DNA of 64,000 bases from Faecousia sp. (GTDB taxonomy: Bacteria > Bacillota > Clostridia > Oscillospirales > Oscillospiraceae), in assembly GCA_045541155.1 (NCBI GenBank), contig JAZQIN010000017.1, forward strand, positions 12,798-76,797, read 5' to 3'. Shown here piece by piece: positions 1-9,646 of the stretch. The translations under genes were made by a program, and so were the position numbers. Below the pieces are notes generated by a model. The model ran no database searches. It saw only the letters and a program-made list of their open reading frames with translations, and was not told the DNA's origin. Positions within the stretch are counted from its first letter, which is position 1. Every line of letters begins with the position of its first letter.

Positions 1-910
1 CGGGAAATGCGCCTGCGTCGTTGGACACTTCCAGTGCTTTTGTCAGTAAATCCGCATAGAGCATCCGCATGCCATCGCCTCGTTCACCCTGAAGGCTATG
101 TCCGACAACCACCTGTGGGCGGAAACGGCGAATCTGCTCGGAGGTAAATGCAAGCAAATCCTCCTGAGAGATGCCCTGTGACGCATAGATATCGTAAGCT
201 TCGCCTGCGTTCTCGGCATTTACTTCATCAAATGTACCAAATACGGGATAGGCACGCACGCCAACGGCCCACAGGCCGTTGAGCATTTCGTGGGTACGGG
301 CCTTTGTGTCATTGCGATGATTGGTCAGGTAGGCTACCTGAATGGAGCAATTCCTTTCGGCGATATAATAAGGAAGAAGTCCAGCGAAAAACAGATGCTC
401 ATCTCCACCGTGGGCCGGAAGCAGCAGAATGTCCGCACAGCCCTCCAGCGGCTGGTCCCACTGCTGGACAAATTCCGGCGGTTTGCCGGGGGAGTATACA
501 TATATTTCACTGAGCCGCACAGGGCCGTTTGTAAAGGAAATGGTGACTGACGTGGGTAGCCGTAGCTCCGTAAGGTCCACGAACTCGTGCAGATAGCCGT
601 GTTGACCGAAGGTTATGCTTTTGTTGGAGTTGTTATCGGTGATGGTATAAGTGCCGTACTCCTCGTCAAACAGCAGATACAGCGAACCAATCCCGTCCTC
701 GTTTTCCAATGTAATGGAAGCGTTACCGGCGGAGCGATGATAGGTTTTGGTGTTACCGTCGGTGAGAAAGCCTAAGCTTGTATAGCCGCTGCCGGAAATT
801 TTTGTTGAGCCAGTGATGTCTCCGGCAGTGTTCTCCTGACCATGAATAGTGGGAACCATGGAAAAGAGAATGCACAGGCACAGGACCAGCGCAAACAGAC
901 GCAGTTTCAT
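1..910 (-). CDS. Secreted PIG-L/LmbE-family deacetylase-like protein with degenerate motifs; 3' end lies outside the window
   Basis: Not in the ORF track. Hand translation is open from ATG at 910 (GGAGG RBS) to base 1: signal peptide MKLRLFALVLCLCILFS, then ADILLLPAHGGDEHLFF, RTHEMLNGLW and IRRFRPQVVVGH, typical of the PIG-L fold. Confidence 0.75.
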   Translation of the reverse strand, partial: MKLRLFALVLCLCILFSMVPTIHGQENTAGDITGSTKISGSGYTSLGFLTDGNTKTYHRSAGNASITLENEDGIGSLYLLFDEEYGTYTITDNNSNKSITFGQHGYLHEFVDLTELRLPTSVTISFTNGPVRLSEIYVYSPGKPPEFVQQWDQPLEGCADILLLPAHGGDEHLFFAGLLPYYIAERNCSIQVAYLTNHRNDTKARTHEMLNGLWAVGVRAYPVFGTFDEVNAENAGEAYDIYASQGISQEDLLAFTSEQIRRFRPQVVVGHSLQGERGDGMRMLYADLLTKALEVSNDAGAFP

Positions 911-976
911 AGTGATGCCTCCTTGGCGTTTTTTATATTGTAACAGATGGAATCCTCTTTGTCAAAGCTGGTATGC

Positions 977-1006
977 TTGACAGGGCAGGGCGGTATCGTG
1001 TAAAAT
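977..1006 (+). promoter_or_regulatory. sigmaA promoter of mutY
   Basis: TTGACA-18-TAAAAT. Confidence 0.55.
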
Positions 1007-1023
1007 ATCCGCGGGGTGAGCGA

Positions 1024-2067
1024 ATGGTAAATGTAATCGGATTGCTTCCCGGGGCACTGCTCCCGTGGTACGAGGCTAACAAGCGTGATTTGCCATGGCG
1101 GCAGGACCGAGACCCCTATCACATTTGGGTGTCGGAAATTATGCTCCAGCAGACTCGTGTAGAGGCAGTAAAGGGATACTATCTGCGTTTTTTGGATGCG
1201 ATTCCCACGATACAGACATTGGCGGAGGCGGACGATGAGCTGCTTCACAAGCTGTGGGAAGGGCTTGGATACTACAGCCGGATTAGGAATATGAAAAAGG
1301 CGGCTGGAGTGATTATGGACACTTATGGCGGTGTGTTCCCTGACCAATATGAGCAGGTGCTGGCTCTGCCGGGAATCGGAGAATACACAGCCGGAGCTGT
1401 TTGCTCCATTGCGTTTGACCATAAGACACCAGCGGTGGATGGAAATGTTCTGCGAGTCATCTCCCGACTGACGGAGGATGCTACACCCATCGATTCGCCG
1501 GCCTATAAAAAAGTGGTGCGACAGGCACTGCAGGCGGTTTATCCGGAGCAATCCGGATCCTTTACCCAAGCACTGATGGAGCTGGGGGCTACGCTGTGCG
1601 GCCCCAACTGGAAGCCACGGTGTCAGGAGTGTCCCTGCAGGGGCTTCTGCGGTGGTGCCCTCCACGCAACGGCGGAGCAGTTTCCGGTACGCAAACCCAA
1701 AAAGCAGCGGCGTGTACAGGAGCGGACGGTGTTGATACTGTCCTGCGAAGGGCGATATGGTTTGCAAAAACGACCGGATGCCGGACTGTTGGCTGGATTG
1801 TGGCAGTTCCCGGATGTGGACGCCGCATTGGAGCCAGAACAGGCGTTGGAGGAGGTAGAGAAAATGGGCCTACGGCCAAAGCAGATTTTTCGGCAGATTG
1901 AGCGCAAACACATTTTTACCCACATCCAGTGGCAGATGCGTGGGTTTTATATCGAGGTGGCAGAAACGGCAGGTGCGCTGCAGTGGCTGCCCGCCAGGGA
2001 AATCGAGGAGAAAGCGGCACTGCCGACAGCGTACCGCCAATTTTGGAAGGAGATTACCGATGTTTGA
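1024..2067 (+). CDS. mutY: A/G-specific adenine glycosylase
   Basis: WVSEIMLQQT, WEGLGYYSR, HhH LPGIGEYTAGA, VDGNV, 4Fe-4S cysteines, NUDIX-like C-terminus; start moved to ATG 1024. Confidence 0.95.
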   Translation: MVNVIGLLPGALLPWYEANKRDLPWRQDRDPYHIWVSEIMLQQTRVEAVKGYYLRFLDAIPTIQTLAEADDELLHKLWEGLGYYSRIRNMKKAAGVIMDTYGGVFPDQYEQVLALPGIGEYTAGAVCSIAFDHKTPAVDGNVLRVISRLTEDATPIDSPAYKKVVRQALQAVYPEQSGSFTQALMELGATLCGPNWKPRCQECPCRGFCGGALHATAEQFPVRKPKKQRRVQERTVLILSCEGRYGLQKRPDAGLLAGLWQFPDVDAALEPEQALEEVEKMGLRPKQIFRQIERKHIFTHIQWQMRGFYIEVAETAGALQWLPAREIEEKAALPTAYRQFWKEITDV

Positions 2068-2845
2068 TTTTCATATGCATTCGATTGTGTCCTTCGATGG
2101 ACATGACAGTGCCGAGACAATGGTACAAGCGGCTGCGGACGCAGGGTTGAAGGAAATCTGCTTTACTGACCACATTGATTACTTTGCCAATGTGGACAAG
2201 CAGGAATGGGTGTTCGACACCCTCCGCTACAACGAGACCTATGACCAATTGGCGCATCCACAGGTGAAAATTCGCAGAGGTATGGAATTCGGGATTAAGC
2301 CCTACAATGCCCCTCAGCTGAAGGAGGATTTGAAGCGCAGGCCCTTTGATTTCGTACTGGGGTCGGTGCATTTTGTAGATGAACTGGATGTGTATTTTAG
2401 TGAATACTGGGATGGAAAAACGGTATTTGAGGCGGAACGCCGATATCTGGAGGAAACGCTGGAATGTGTTCGGGCCCATGAGGATTTTGACGTGCTGGCC
2501 CATTTGACCTACATCAGCAAGGCCCGGGCCCATCACGCCCCCCGTCCGGTTCCATATGAGGCCCATGAAGCACTGATTGATGAGATTCTGCGTACTCTAG
2601 TAGATAAGGGTAAGGGGCTGGAAATCAACACCAGCGGCGTGGATCGGTGTGGCGATTTTCTGCCGTATGAAGTCTATTTTCGCCGATTTCGGGAGCTGGG
2701 GGGACAAATCGTCACGGTCGGCTCCGATGCCCACACTGCCAGCCGGGTGGGACAATATGCGGACAGAGCCTGCGCACTGCTCAAGGAAGTCTTTGGTTAT
2801 GTCTGCACCTTTGAAAATCGTAAGCCTATTTTTCACACATTGTGA
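2060..2845 (+). CDS. PHP-domain histidinol-phosphatase (HisJ/HisK family)
   Basis: DFHMHS, FTDH, GSVH, LEINTSG, GSDAH motifs; ATG 2060 with GGAG RBS. Confidence 0.85.
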   Translation: MFDFHMHSIVSFDGHDSAETMVQAAADAGLKEICFTDHIDYFANVDKQEWVFDTLRYNETYDQLAHPQVKIRRGMEFGIKPYNAPQLKEDLKRRPFDFVLGSVHFVDELDVYFSEYWDGKTVFEAERRYLEETLECVRAHEDFDVLAHLTYISKARAHHAPRPVPYEAHEALIDEILRTLVDKGKGLEINTSGVDRCGDFLPYEVYFRRFRELGGQIVTVGSDAHTASRVGQYADRACALLKEVFGYVCTFENRKPIFHTL

Positions 2846-2846
2846 T

Positions 2847-2889
2847 AAAATCACCGCCGCTGCCGGGTTAGGGCAGCGGCGGTGATTTT
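2847..2889. terminator. Bidirectional intrinsic terminator
   Basis: AAAATCACCGCCGCTGCC-7-GGCAGCGGCGGTGATTTT between convergent genes. Confidence 0.85.
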
Positions 2890-5740
2890 ATTGCTGTGGC
2901 ACAGCCTTCTTGCGCTTTTGGATATATGGTGGGACAAATATGATGCACAGGAAGGCAAGTAGGCAGATGCCGGAAACGATGGCACCAAGGGTGAAACTGT
3001 TGTTTTTGTAACGGAAGGTGACGGTGTGGACCCCCTCAGTCAGTTCCAGGCCAATCATGGCATCGCCAACCAGCACAATGGGAACCTCTTTGCCATCCAC
3101 CTCTGCGTACCAGTTACCGTTGTAGGGAATGGAGGTATACATCAGACCGTCACGGTTGCAGTTGATGGTACCTTCAACCAGTTCCTCGGAGAAGGTGGTC
3201 AAATCCAGCTTAGAGGCGGAAAGAATTTCATAGCCCTGTTGGAAAACAGAATCATTGAGCATGGCGGCTCGCACATTGACCACGCTGGGGTCCTCAGCGG
3301 AAACATCTGTGGCACAGGTGATTTCAATATCCACAGTATCTCCCGGCTGGACGGTAGAGACAGCCACAATCTGAGGAACGGAGATGGATTCTTTGAACAT
3401 CTCCTGTTGGTTCAGATAAAGGGTATAGGAGTTCTTCTTGGTGATATTCATTTCGAAGCACAGGAAACCGGCGGATTCTATCTTATAGCTGATGCGCAAG
3501 GTGCCGCCCTCGCTACCGGAATGATAGGTCACATAGGTGGCCTCGTGGTTTTTAATGGGGTCTGTGATGGTGATGCCGGTGGCGCTTACGGAGGAGGTTA
3601 TGCCGTGGACCATGGTCCATACATCCTCCTCCAGACCGGTGGCCAGGGAGAAGATAGTGTTTTGCTTCTCGAATTCATTGTATTCGGTTTCTCCATCGCT
3701 GTCGGTCATAAGCCGCTCCAGTGTGGCCTCGGACAAAGAGGGTTCCGCCAAGAAGCCCAAGGGCAGGTAGGTCTTGTTTTCCAGAAGGTAGACATCGCCG
3801 AAATTGTGCAGGGTGTTGTAGTACGGATTCACCGGAGGCTCGCCGTCTCGTGCCACCATGTATTTCATATTGGTGAACAGATCCGTCACCGGAGAACTAA
3901 TCTCGTAGCAGTAGCGATTGAAGGGGGGATAAGCAGCCTGACCCATAGCCTCCAGAAATTCCGTTGTCCGAACATCGGCGGAGCTTGCGAACAGAGAAAT
4001 GCCGCTGTAATCGTTCAACGCACTGTCGTTGAGAATCTGGGCGTGAGTCGTTTCAATTCGGTAGAATTCTGAATTGGCCTCTCGTTGTTCGATATAGTTG
4101 AAGGCGGATTCTGCGTTTGCAGTGCCAGTGGGGTAGTCGGTTATGGTGGTGGCGTTGAGAGCGAGACTGAATTTCACAAGGGTCAGCCCCAGCTCCAGAC
4201 ACATGAAAATACACAGACTGACGGTTTTGATTCGACTGGTGCGACGTGCGCGTTTGCGGATATAGTCCGCATCTTCTTCCGGGTCAAGGCCGCGACAGAG
4301 CATTTTGTCGGCAATGCTGAAAACGAACATGATAAGGTACAGCAGCAAAAATGCCAGATTGTAGGCAAGGAAAATCAAATCATCGGCTTTTTCGCTGCAG
4401 AATACCACGCCTACACCCAGCACAAAGACCAGACCGATTTTCCACAGGGAGAAGGTCTCCCGAAGCAGCCACGCCCGATAGGCAATGTAGAGCATCACAA
4501 AGCTGTAAAGGAAACTGAAGCGATAGGGAATCATGTTGGGGAAGTGGAAGCCGTGCCACATGAAATCCAGCTTGCGTAATAAGAAGCTGAGCATGAAGAA
4601 TACCAGTAGGAAGGCGCAACTCAGCTTATCCCGGAGCTTCACATCCTTTGCGGTGAAGAACAGGAAGCCCAACAGCATGGGGCCAAGGCCACAGGCAATA
4701 TTCGGCATACCTTCCAACATGGTGGGGGCCAGCTCTCCGCTCATGTTGCCGGCTACCTTCGCCATGCCATAAAGCAGGGGCGGAAAGGATTTGAACAGTG
4801 CGGTAAAAAATTTGCCAATCAGGGACAACAGACCGGCATCTGCTGCCAGAGCTTCCGAAAAGGCCAGCCAGGCATCATTGGAAGATTTGTAGACTTCGTA
4901 ATCGACAATGTTCAGATGGAATCCATTTGGAAAAATGGATTGAGAGGAATAGGTGTCCTGCAGCGCAGCCAGAGCCGGTAACTCCAAAATGGCGGTCATG
5001 CCAATGGCCAGTACGGTGAACAAGGCAATCCGACCCAAATCCTGCGCCAGCCGCTTAAAGCCGGCAGGACGGCAAATCTGGTAGCAAACAAATACCAGAA
5101 ATACAAAAATGCAAGTAAATAGTCCGATATAATAATTTGCAAAGACGGACAGGAACAGTGTGAGGGTATACAGAACCGGCTTTTTGTCCCGAAGCAGATA
5201 AATCGTTCCAAGGACCACCAGCGGCAGTAAGGCGAAGGTGTCCAGCCACATGATGTTCCACTGGTAGCCCAATGCCCATGCGCATAGACCGTAAAATCCG
5301 CCGAACAAGGCGATGGACATATCATCCTTGTGAAAAATCTTTTTCAGGAAAAGGGCGAAAAACAGGCTGGCGAGGCCCAGCTTGATGGGGGGAAGCATTT
5401 CAAAATATTCCAGCACCAGCCCCTCGGGCACAAAGACGCTGAGCAAATTCAACGGCGATGCCAGATAGTAGGAAATCAGGCCCAGATAGTCTAGCCCCAT
5501 ACCCAAATCCCAGTTGAAAAGCAGGGATTTGCCGCTGAGAAGGGTTCGGCGGAATTCTGTGAAGAAGGGGTAATATTGATGGTATTCATCAGAGTACAGG
5601 AACGCACGGCTGTTGCCAAAGGGTTCGCACCCTTCCGCAATCAGCACGGCTATCATGCCCAAGAAAGGAATGAGGAATGCGGCGAGCAATGGGCTCAGGC
5701 GTAGCTTTTTGGAGCCGAGCCGGATGGATTTAAGTTTCAT
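2888..5740 (-). CDS. YfhO-family membrane protein (GT-C-type polymer glycosyltransferase)
   Basis: SDEYHQYYPF, YYLASPLN, WHGFHFPNMIPYRFSF, SIPYNGNWYAEVDGK; many TM helices; ATG 5740 with GGAGG RBS. Confidence 0.85.
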   Translation of the reverse strand: MKLKSIRLGSKKLRLSPLLAAFLIPFLGMIAVLIAEGCEPFGNSRAFLYSDEYHQYYPFFTEFRRTLLSGKSLLFNWDLGMGLDYLGLISYYLASPLNLLSVFVPEGLVLEYFEMLPPIKLGLASLFFALFLKKIFHKDDMSIALFGGFYGLCAWALGYQWNIMWLDTFALLPLVVLGTIYLLRDKKPVLYTLTLFLSVFANYYIGLFTCIFVFLVFVCYQICRPAGFKRLAQDLGRIALFTVLAIGMTAILELPALAALQDTYSSQSIFPNGFHLNIVDYEVYKSSNDAWLAFSEALAADAGLLSLIGKFFTALFKSFPPLLYGMAKVAGNMSGELAPTMLEGMPNIACGLGPMLLGFLFFTAKDVKLRDKLSCAFLLVFFMLSFLLRKLDFMWHGFHFPNMIPYRFSFLYSFVMLYIAYRAWLLRETFSLWKIGLVFVLGVGVVFCSEKADDLIFLAYNLAFLLLYLIMFVFSIADKMLCRGLDPEEDADYIRKRARRTSRIKTVSLCIFMCLELGLTLVKFSLALNATTITDYPTGTANAESAFNYIEQREANSEFYRIETTHAQILNDSALNDYSGISLFASSADVRTTEFLEAMGQAAYPPFNRYCYEISSPVTDLFTNMKYMVARDGEPPVNPYYNTLHNFGDVYLLENKTYLPLGFLAEPSLSEATLERLMTDSDGETEYNEFEKQNTIFSLATGLEEDVWTMVHGITSSVSATGITITDPIKNHEATYVTYHSGSEGGTLRISYKIESAGFLCFEMNITKKNSYTLYLNQQEMFKESISVPQIVAVSTVQPGDTVDIEITCATDVSAEDPSVVNVRAAMLNDSVFQQGYEILSASKLDLTTFSEELVEGTINCNRDGLMYTSIPYNGNWYAEVDGKEVPIVLVGDAMIGLELTEGVHTVTFRYKNNSFTLGAIVSGICLLAFLCIIFVPPYIQKRKKAVPQQ

Positions 5741-5805
5741 AACATGCCTCCGGGAGTATAATCTATTCCATTTTACCACGAATTTGCAGGAAGTAAAGGA
5801 AAATA

Positions 5806-5842
5806 TCCACGCCGGAGCGGAAAAGATTTGCTCCGGCGTGGA
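5806..5842 (-). terminator. Terminator after tex
   Basis: TCCACGCCGGAGC/GCTCCGGCGTGGA stem with T-rich tail on the minus strand. Confidence 0.65.
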
Positions 5843-5845
5843 ATG

Positions 5846-7990
5846 TTACATATCCTTGGGCACCTGCTTCATGGACAGGCTGATGCGGTGGCGCTTTTCG
5901 TCTACCTCCAGAACGATGACCTTGACGATGTCGCCCACCTTCAAAACCTCACTGGGGTGGCGTAGACGACGATTGGCTACCTGAGAAATATGCACCAGTC
6001 CGTCCTGATGAACGCCGATATCAACGAACACGCCGAAATCGATTACGTTGCGCACGGTACCGGTGAGCACCATGCCTGGCTTCAGATCCTTCATCTCAAG
6101 AACGTCTTTGCGCAGAATCGGAGCAGGCAGTTCATCACGAGGATCCCGACCGGGTTTGGCCAGCTCCTTGGCAATGTCGATTAGGGTAGGCTCGCCAACG
6201 CCACATTCTTCCGCAGCCTTGGCGGTGCCGTAAGTCTCAAGCTTGCTGGGGAGGGTGGACAAATCATCTCCCTTCTTGCAGTCCAGCAGAGTCAGCAGAG
6301 CCTTGGCGGCGGTGTAGGACTCCGGATGGACGCCAGTGTTGTCCAGCAGCTCCTTGCTTTCCGGGATGCGAAGGAATCCGGCGCACTGCTGGAAAGCCTT
6401 GGGTCCCAGCTTCGGCACCTTTTTCAATTGGGCACGACTGGTGAAGGGGCCATTTTCCTCCCGGTAGGCTACGATGTTTTTGGCAGTGGTGGCATTCAGA
6501 CCGGATACCTGCTGCAAAAGGCTTCGGGAAGCAGTGTTCACATCCACGCCCACGGCATTGACGCAATCCTCCACCACCGCACCCAGTGCCGCATCCAGCT
6601 CCTTTTGAGGGCAGTCGTGCTGGTACTGCCCCACGCCGATGGCCTTGGGGTCAATTTTGACCAGCTCTGCCAGCGGATCCTGCAGCCGACGGGCGATGGA
6701 AACAGCAGAACGCAGGTTTACATCGTAGTCGGGGAACTCCTCTGCCGCAAGGGGAGAGGCGGAATAGACAGATGCACCGGCTTCATTGACGATGGCGTAG
6801 CTGGCCTCGGGGAAGGAGCGGAGCAGTTCTACGGTCATGGCCTCGGTCTCACGGGAGGCGGTGCCGTTGCCGATGGCAATGTGCTTCACGCTGTGGCGGC
6901 GCATCAGAGTGGACAGGGTGATGATGGCCTCCTGCTTTTTCCGTTCGCTGAAAGTGGGGTAGACAACGGCGGTGTCCAGCACCTTGCCGGTGGGGTCCAC
7001 CACTGCCACCTTACAGCCGTTGCGGTATCCGGGGTCTAAGCCCATGGTTACGAAGCCCTTCACAGGGGGTTGCATCAGCAGAGGTTTCAGGTTCAGGGCA
7101 AAGTTGCGAATTGCGCCTGTATAGGCCCGTTCGGAAAGCTCGCTACGGACCTCACGCTGGATGGAGGGGAAAATCAGCCGCTCGTAGGCGTCCTCGGCGG
7201 CGTTGCGGACGAAGGTGGAGATGTGGGCGGAGGGCTTTAGTGCGGCACGGCACACCAGTGCGGCTCCTTCGTTGCCGGGCAGGGCCACGTCTGGCTTCAG
7301 GATGCCTTCCTTTTCGCCCCGATTGATGGCGAGAATCTGGTGGTCCAGCAGTCGCTGCATGGGCTGGTTGAAGTCGTAGTATAGCCGGTAGACGCTGTCC
7401 TGCTCCGGGTCAGCAGCCTTGCAGCCGAACACGCCCTTGCGGTTGGACAGTTCCCGGAGTCCCTTTCGGATGTCCGCATCGTCGGAAAGGTCTTCTGCGA
7501 TGATGTCCGATGCACCCTGTAGGGCTTCTTCAATGGTGTTGACACCCTTTTCGGGGTCAATGTAGCTCTCTGCCAGAACCGCAGGATCTTGCCCGTCCTG
7601 CGCAAAGATGGCGGCGGCCAGTGATTCCAGACCCTTTTCACGAGCCACAGAGGCACGGGTGCGGCGCTTTTGCTTGTAAGGTCGGTACAAATCCTCTACC
7701 TCTGCCAGTGTAGCGGCGGCATCGATGGCGGCGGACAACGCCTCGGTCATCTTGCCCTGATTTTCAATGGAGTTCTTCACCTCGTCCCGACGCTCCTGCA
7801 GGTTGCGCAGATAGGTGAGACGGGTTTCAAGAGTGCGCAGGGTGGTATCGTCCATGGTGCCGTGCATTTCCTTACGGTAACGTGCGATAAAGGGGATGGT
7901 GTTGCCCTCGTCCATCAGGGCGATGACGTTTTCTACGTATTGCAGCTTCTGCCCCAGTTCCAGGGACAATATTTCAGCGATGGTTGCCAT
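5846..7990 (-). CDS. tex: Tex RNA-binding transcription accessory protein
   Basis: TIPFIARYRKE, DPGYRNGCK, IGVGQYQHD, HhH repeats, C-terminal S1 domain. Confidence 0.95.
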   Translation of the reverse strand: MATIAEILSLELGQKLQYVENVIALMDEGNTIPFIARYRKEMHGTMDDTTLRTLETRLTYLRNLQERRDEVKNSIENQGKMTEALSAAIDAAATLAEVEDLYRPYKQKRRTRASVAREKGLESLAAAIFAQDGQDPAVLAESYIDPEKGVNTIEEALQGASDIIAEDLSDDADIRKGLRELSNRKGVFGCKAADPEQDSVYRLYYDFNQPMQRLLDHQILAINRGEKEGILKPDVALPGNEGAALVCRAALKPSAHISTFVRNAAEDAYERLIFPSIQREVRSELSERAYTGAIRNFALNLKPLLMQPPVKGFVTMGLDPGYRNGCKVAVVDPTGKVLDTAVVYPTFSERKKQEAIITLSTLMRRHSVKHIAIGNGTASRETEAMTVELLRSFPEASYAIVNEAGASVYSASPLAAEEFPDYDVNLRSAVSIARRLQDPLAELVKIDPKAIGVGQYQHDCPQKELDAALGAVVEDCVNAVGVDVNTASRSLLQQVSGLNATTAKNIVAYREENGPFTSRAQLKKVPKLGPKAFQQCAGFLRIPESKELLDNTGVHPESYTAAKALLTLLDCKKGDDLSTLPSKLETYGTAKAAEECGVGEPTLIDIAKELAKPGRDPRDELPAPILRKDVLEMKDLKPGMVLTGTVRNVIDFGVFVDIGVHQDGLVHISQVANRRLRHPSEVLKVGDIVKVIVLEVDEKRHRISLSMKQVPKDM

Positions 7991-8230
7991 ATGTTGCTCC
8001 TTATTTCATAAAATCAGAATCATCATACCACACATTTCCTGAAAAAGAAAGAAGAATTCCTCTCCGAAAACGATGAGGATTCTTGACGGTCGGATAATTA
8101 CTGGGGGGCACGGTTTGCGGCTAATTGTGCTACGAAGGATTACAATTGTCAACCGAACAAATAAAAAAATAATTGCACTTTTAAAAAAATATGGTATAAT
8201 GGGCATATTTCTAGGGAAAGAGGGAGAAAT

Positions 8231-9118
8231 ATGGGGAAAATTAAGAAAAAATGGGGCGACCGGAAGGATGGCGTTTGGCTCAAGGATATTCCGGCCATGA
8301 ACCGAATCATGCCCACTCTGCTGCCCAACCGGGCCGACAATGAAGCCCATATCAGCGTCGATATCGACTTGCGGCCTATCAATGCCTATTTGGAAAAGCT
8401 GAATGCTGGGCGTACAGAGGATAAGTATACCTTTTTCCACATCATCAGCGCTGCGATTGGCAAGGCCTTTGTGCTGCGGCCACGGATGAATCGGTTCGTG
8501 GTAGGTAGTAAGATTTTTCAGCGCCGAGAGGTGACAGTAGCCTTTACCGTGAAGAAACGCTTCGATGACCGGGCGGAGGAGGCGTTGGCGTTTTTTACCT
8601 ATGACCCGAAGGATACACTGGCGACCTATCATGAGAAAATCATGAAGGAAATCCACAAGACCAAGAGCTACGAGGAAAAGGATACCTCCACTGGTGCGAT
8701 GGATATCATTTGCAAGTTACCGCAATGGCTGATAAAGCGGATTGTCCGTATGGTGCTGTGGCTGGATAAGCATGGCTGGGCACCGCAGTCCCTGATTGGC
8801 TCGGACCCCAATCATGCGGCGATTTTTCTGTCGAATTTGGGTTCCATTGGCTTGGAGTGCGGTTATCACCATCTGGTAAATTGGGGTACCAACTCCTGCT
8901 TCATCGTGATTGGAAAGAAGTATATGAAGATGGACTACGACCGGGATGGTAATGGAGATTTACATGAAGTGATTCCCATCGGTATTACGCTGGACGAGCG
9001 GATTGCGGATGGATACTACTATTCCGGTACGGTGGCATTGGTGAAGGAGCTTCTGGCCCATCCGCAGTTGCTGGAGCTCCCGGCGGATACACCGGTGGAA
9101 TATTCCATCAAGCGTTAA
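8231..9118 (+). CDS. Stand-alone 2-oxoacid dehydrogenase E2 catalytic-domain-like protein
   Basis: RPRMNRFV, LSNLGSIG, TLDERIADG; no lipoyl or E3-binding domain. Confidence 0.75.
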   Translation: MGKIKKKWGDRKDGVWLKDIPAMNRIMPTLLPNRADNEAHISVDIDLRPINAYLEKLNAGRTEDKYTFFHIISAAIGKAFVLRPRMNRFVVGSKIFQRREVTVAFTVKKRFDDRAEEALAFFTYDPKDTLATYHEKIMKEIHKTKSYEEKDTSTGAMDIICKLPQWLIKRIVRMVLWLDKHGWAPQSLIGSDPNHAAIFLSNLGSIGLECGYHHLVNWGTNSCFIVIGKKYMKMDYDRDGNGDLHEVIPIGITLDERIADGYYYSGTVALVKELLAHPQLLELPADTPVEYSIKR

Positions 9119-9125
9119 GTTTTTC

Positions 9126-9154
9126 TTGACAAATCAGAGAGAAGACAATATAAT
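9126..9154 (+). promoter_or_regulatory. sigmaA promoter of tRNA-Ala
   Basis: TTGACA-17-TATAAT consensus. Confidence 0.85.
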
Positions 9155-9181
9155 ATTAGCTGCGGTCGGACCGCAGCATAT

Positions 9182-9257
9182 GGGCTTGTAGCGCAGTTGG
9201 GAGCGCACCACATTCGCATTGTGGGGGTCGAGGGTTCGAATCCCTTCAAGTCCACCA
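9182..9257 (+). tRNA. tRNA-Ala(CGC)
   Basis: Cloverleaf, G3:U70 pair, anticodon arm CCACA-TTCGCAT-TGTGG, GGTTCGAATCC, encoded CCA. Confidence 0.95.
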
Positions 9258-9291
9258 AAAATCTCACACCCCATGAGGTGTGAGATTTTTT
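9258..9291 (+). terminator. Terminator after tRNA-Ala
   Basis: AAAATCTCACACC-6-GGTGTGAGATTTTTT. Confidence 0.85.
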
Positions 9292-9298
9292 ATTGACC

Positions 9299-9399
9299 GA
9301 AGAAATTCGAACAATCTGAATGCAGATGTCCAGTGGACATTTGCTTGTCGCCGGCTGGACGGCGGCAACACAATAACTTGCGATTCCCTTCAAGTCTAC
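9299..9399. repeat. tRNA-linked palindromic mini-element ending in a copy of the tRNA 3' end
   Basis: 9381-9399 matches tRNA 9237-9255 at 17/19; internal hairpin GCAGATGTCCAGTGGACATTTGC. Confidence 0.6.
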
Positions 9400-9484
9400 G
9401 GAGTTTGCACTCTTCAGGGGTGTTTCTGCCTGGGTGGGGATATCGATGAAGGTTGAGAGGGTGTCAACGGTGCAATCAATTATT

Positions 9485-9646
9485 GGGCACCTCTAAAAAC
9501 TCCCTTTCGGCGAAGTGCCCGTTCTTTTGCTCCAACTTTTGCTTATAAAAACCTTGAAATACATCTAGTATTGCTGCGGTTTTTACCACAAAATTTGAAG
9601 CAAAATTCCTGGACACCCACTCGAAATTGAGTTTTTAGAGGTGTCC
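9485..9646. mobile_element. MITE-like element, 162 bp
   Basis: Terminal inverted repeats GGGCACCTCTAAAAACTC / GAGTTTTTAGAGGTGTCC (17/18), TATT on both flanks, no ORF. Confidence 0.7.

Noticed and set aside
907-1767. Long antisense ORFs such as 907-1767, 3026-4072, 22660-23961, 27651-29222, 52129-54537 and 58402-59580
   Set aside because: They lie opposite well-supported genes and have no RBS or protein motifs; typical shadows of GC3-biased coding sequence
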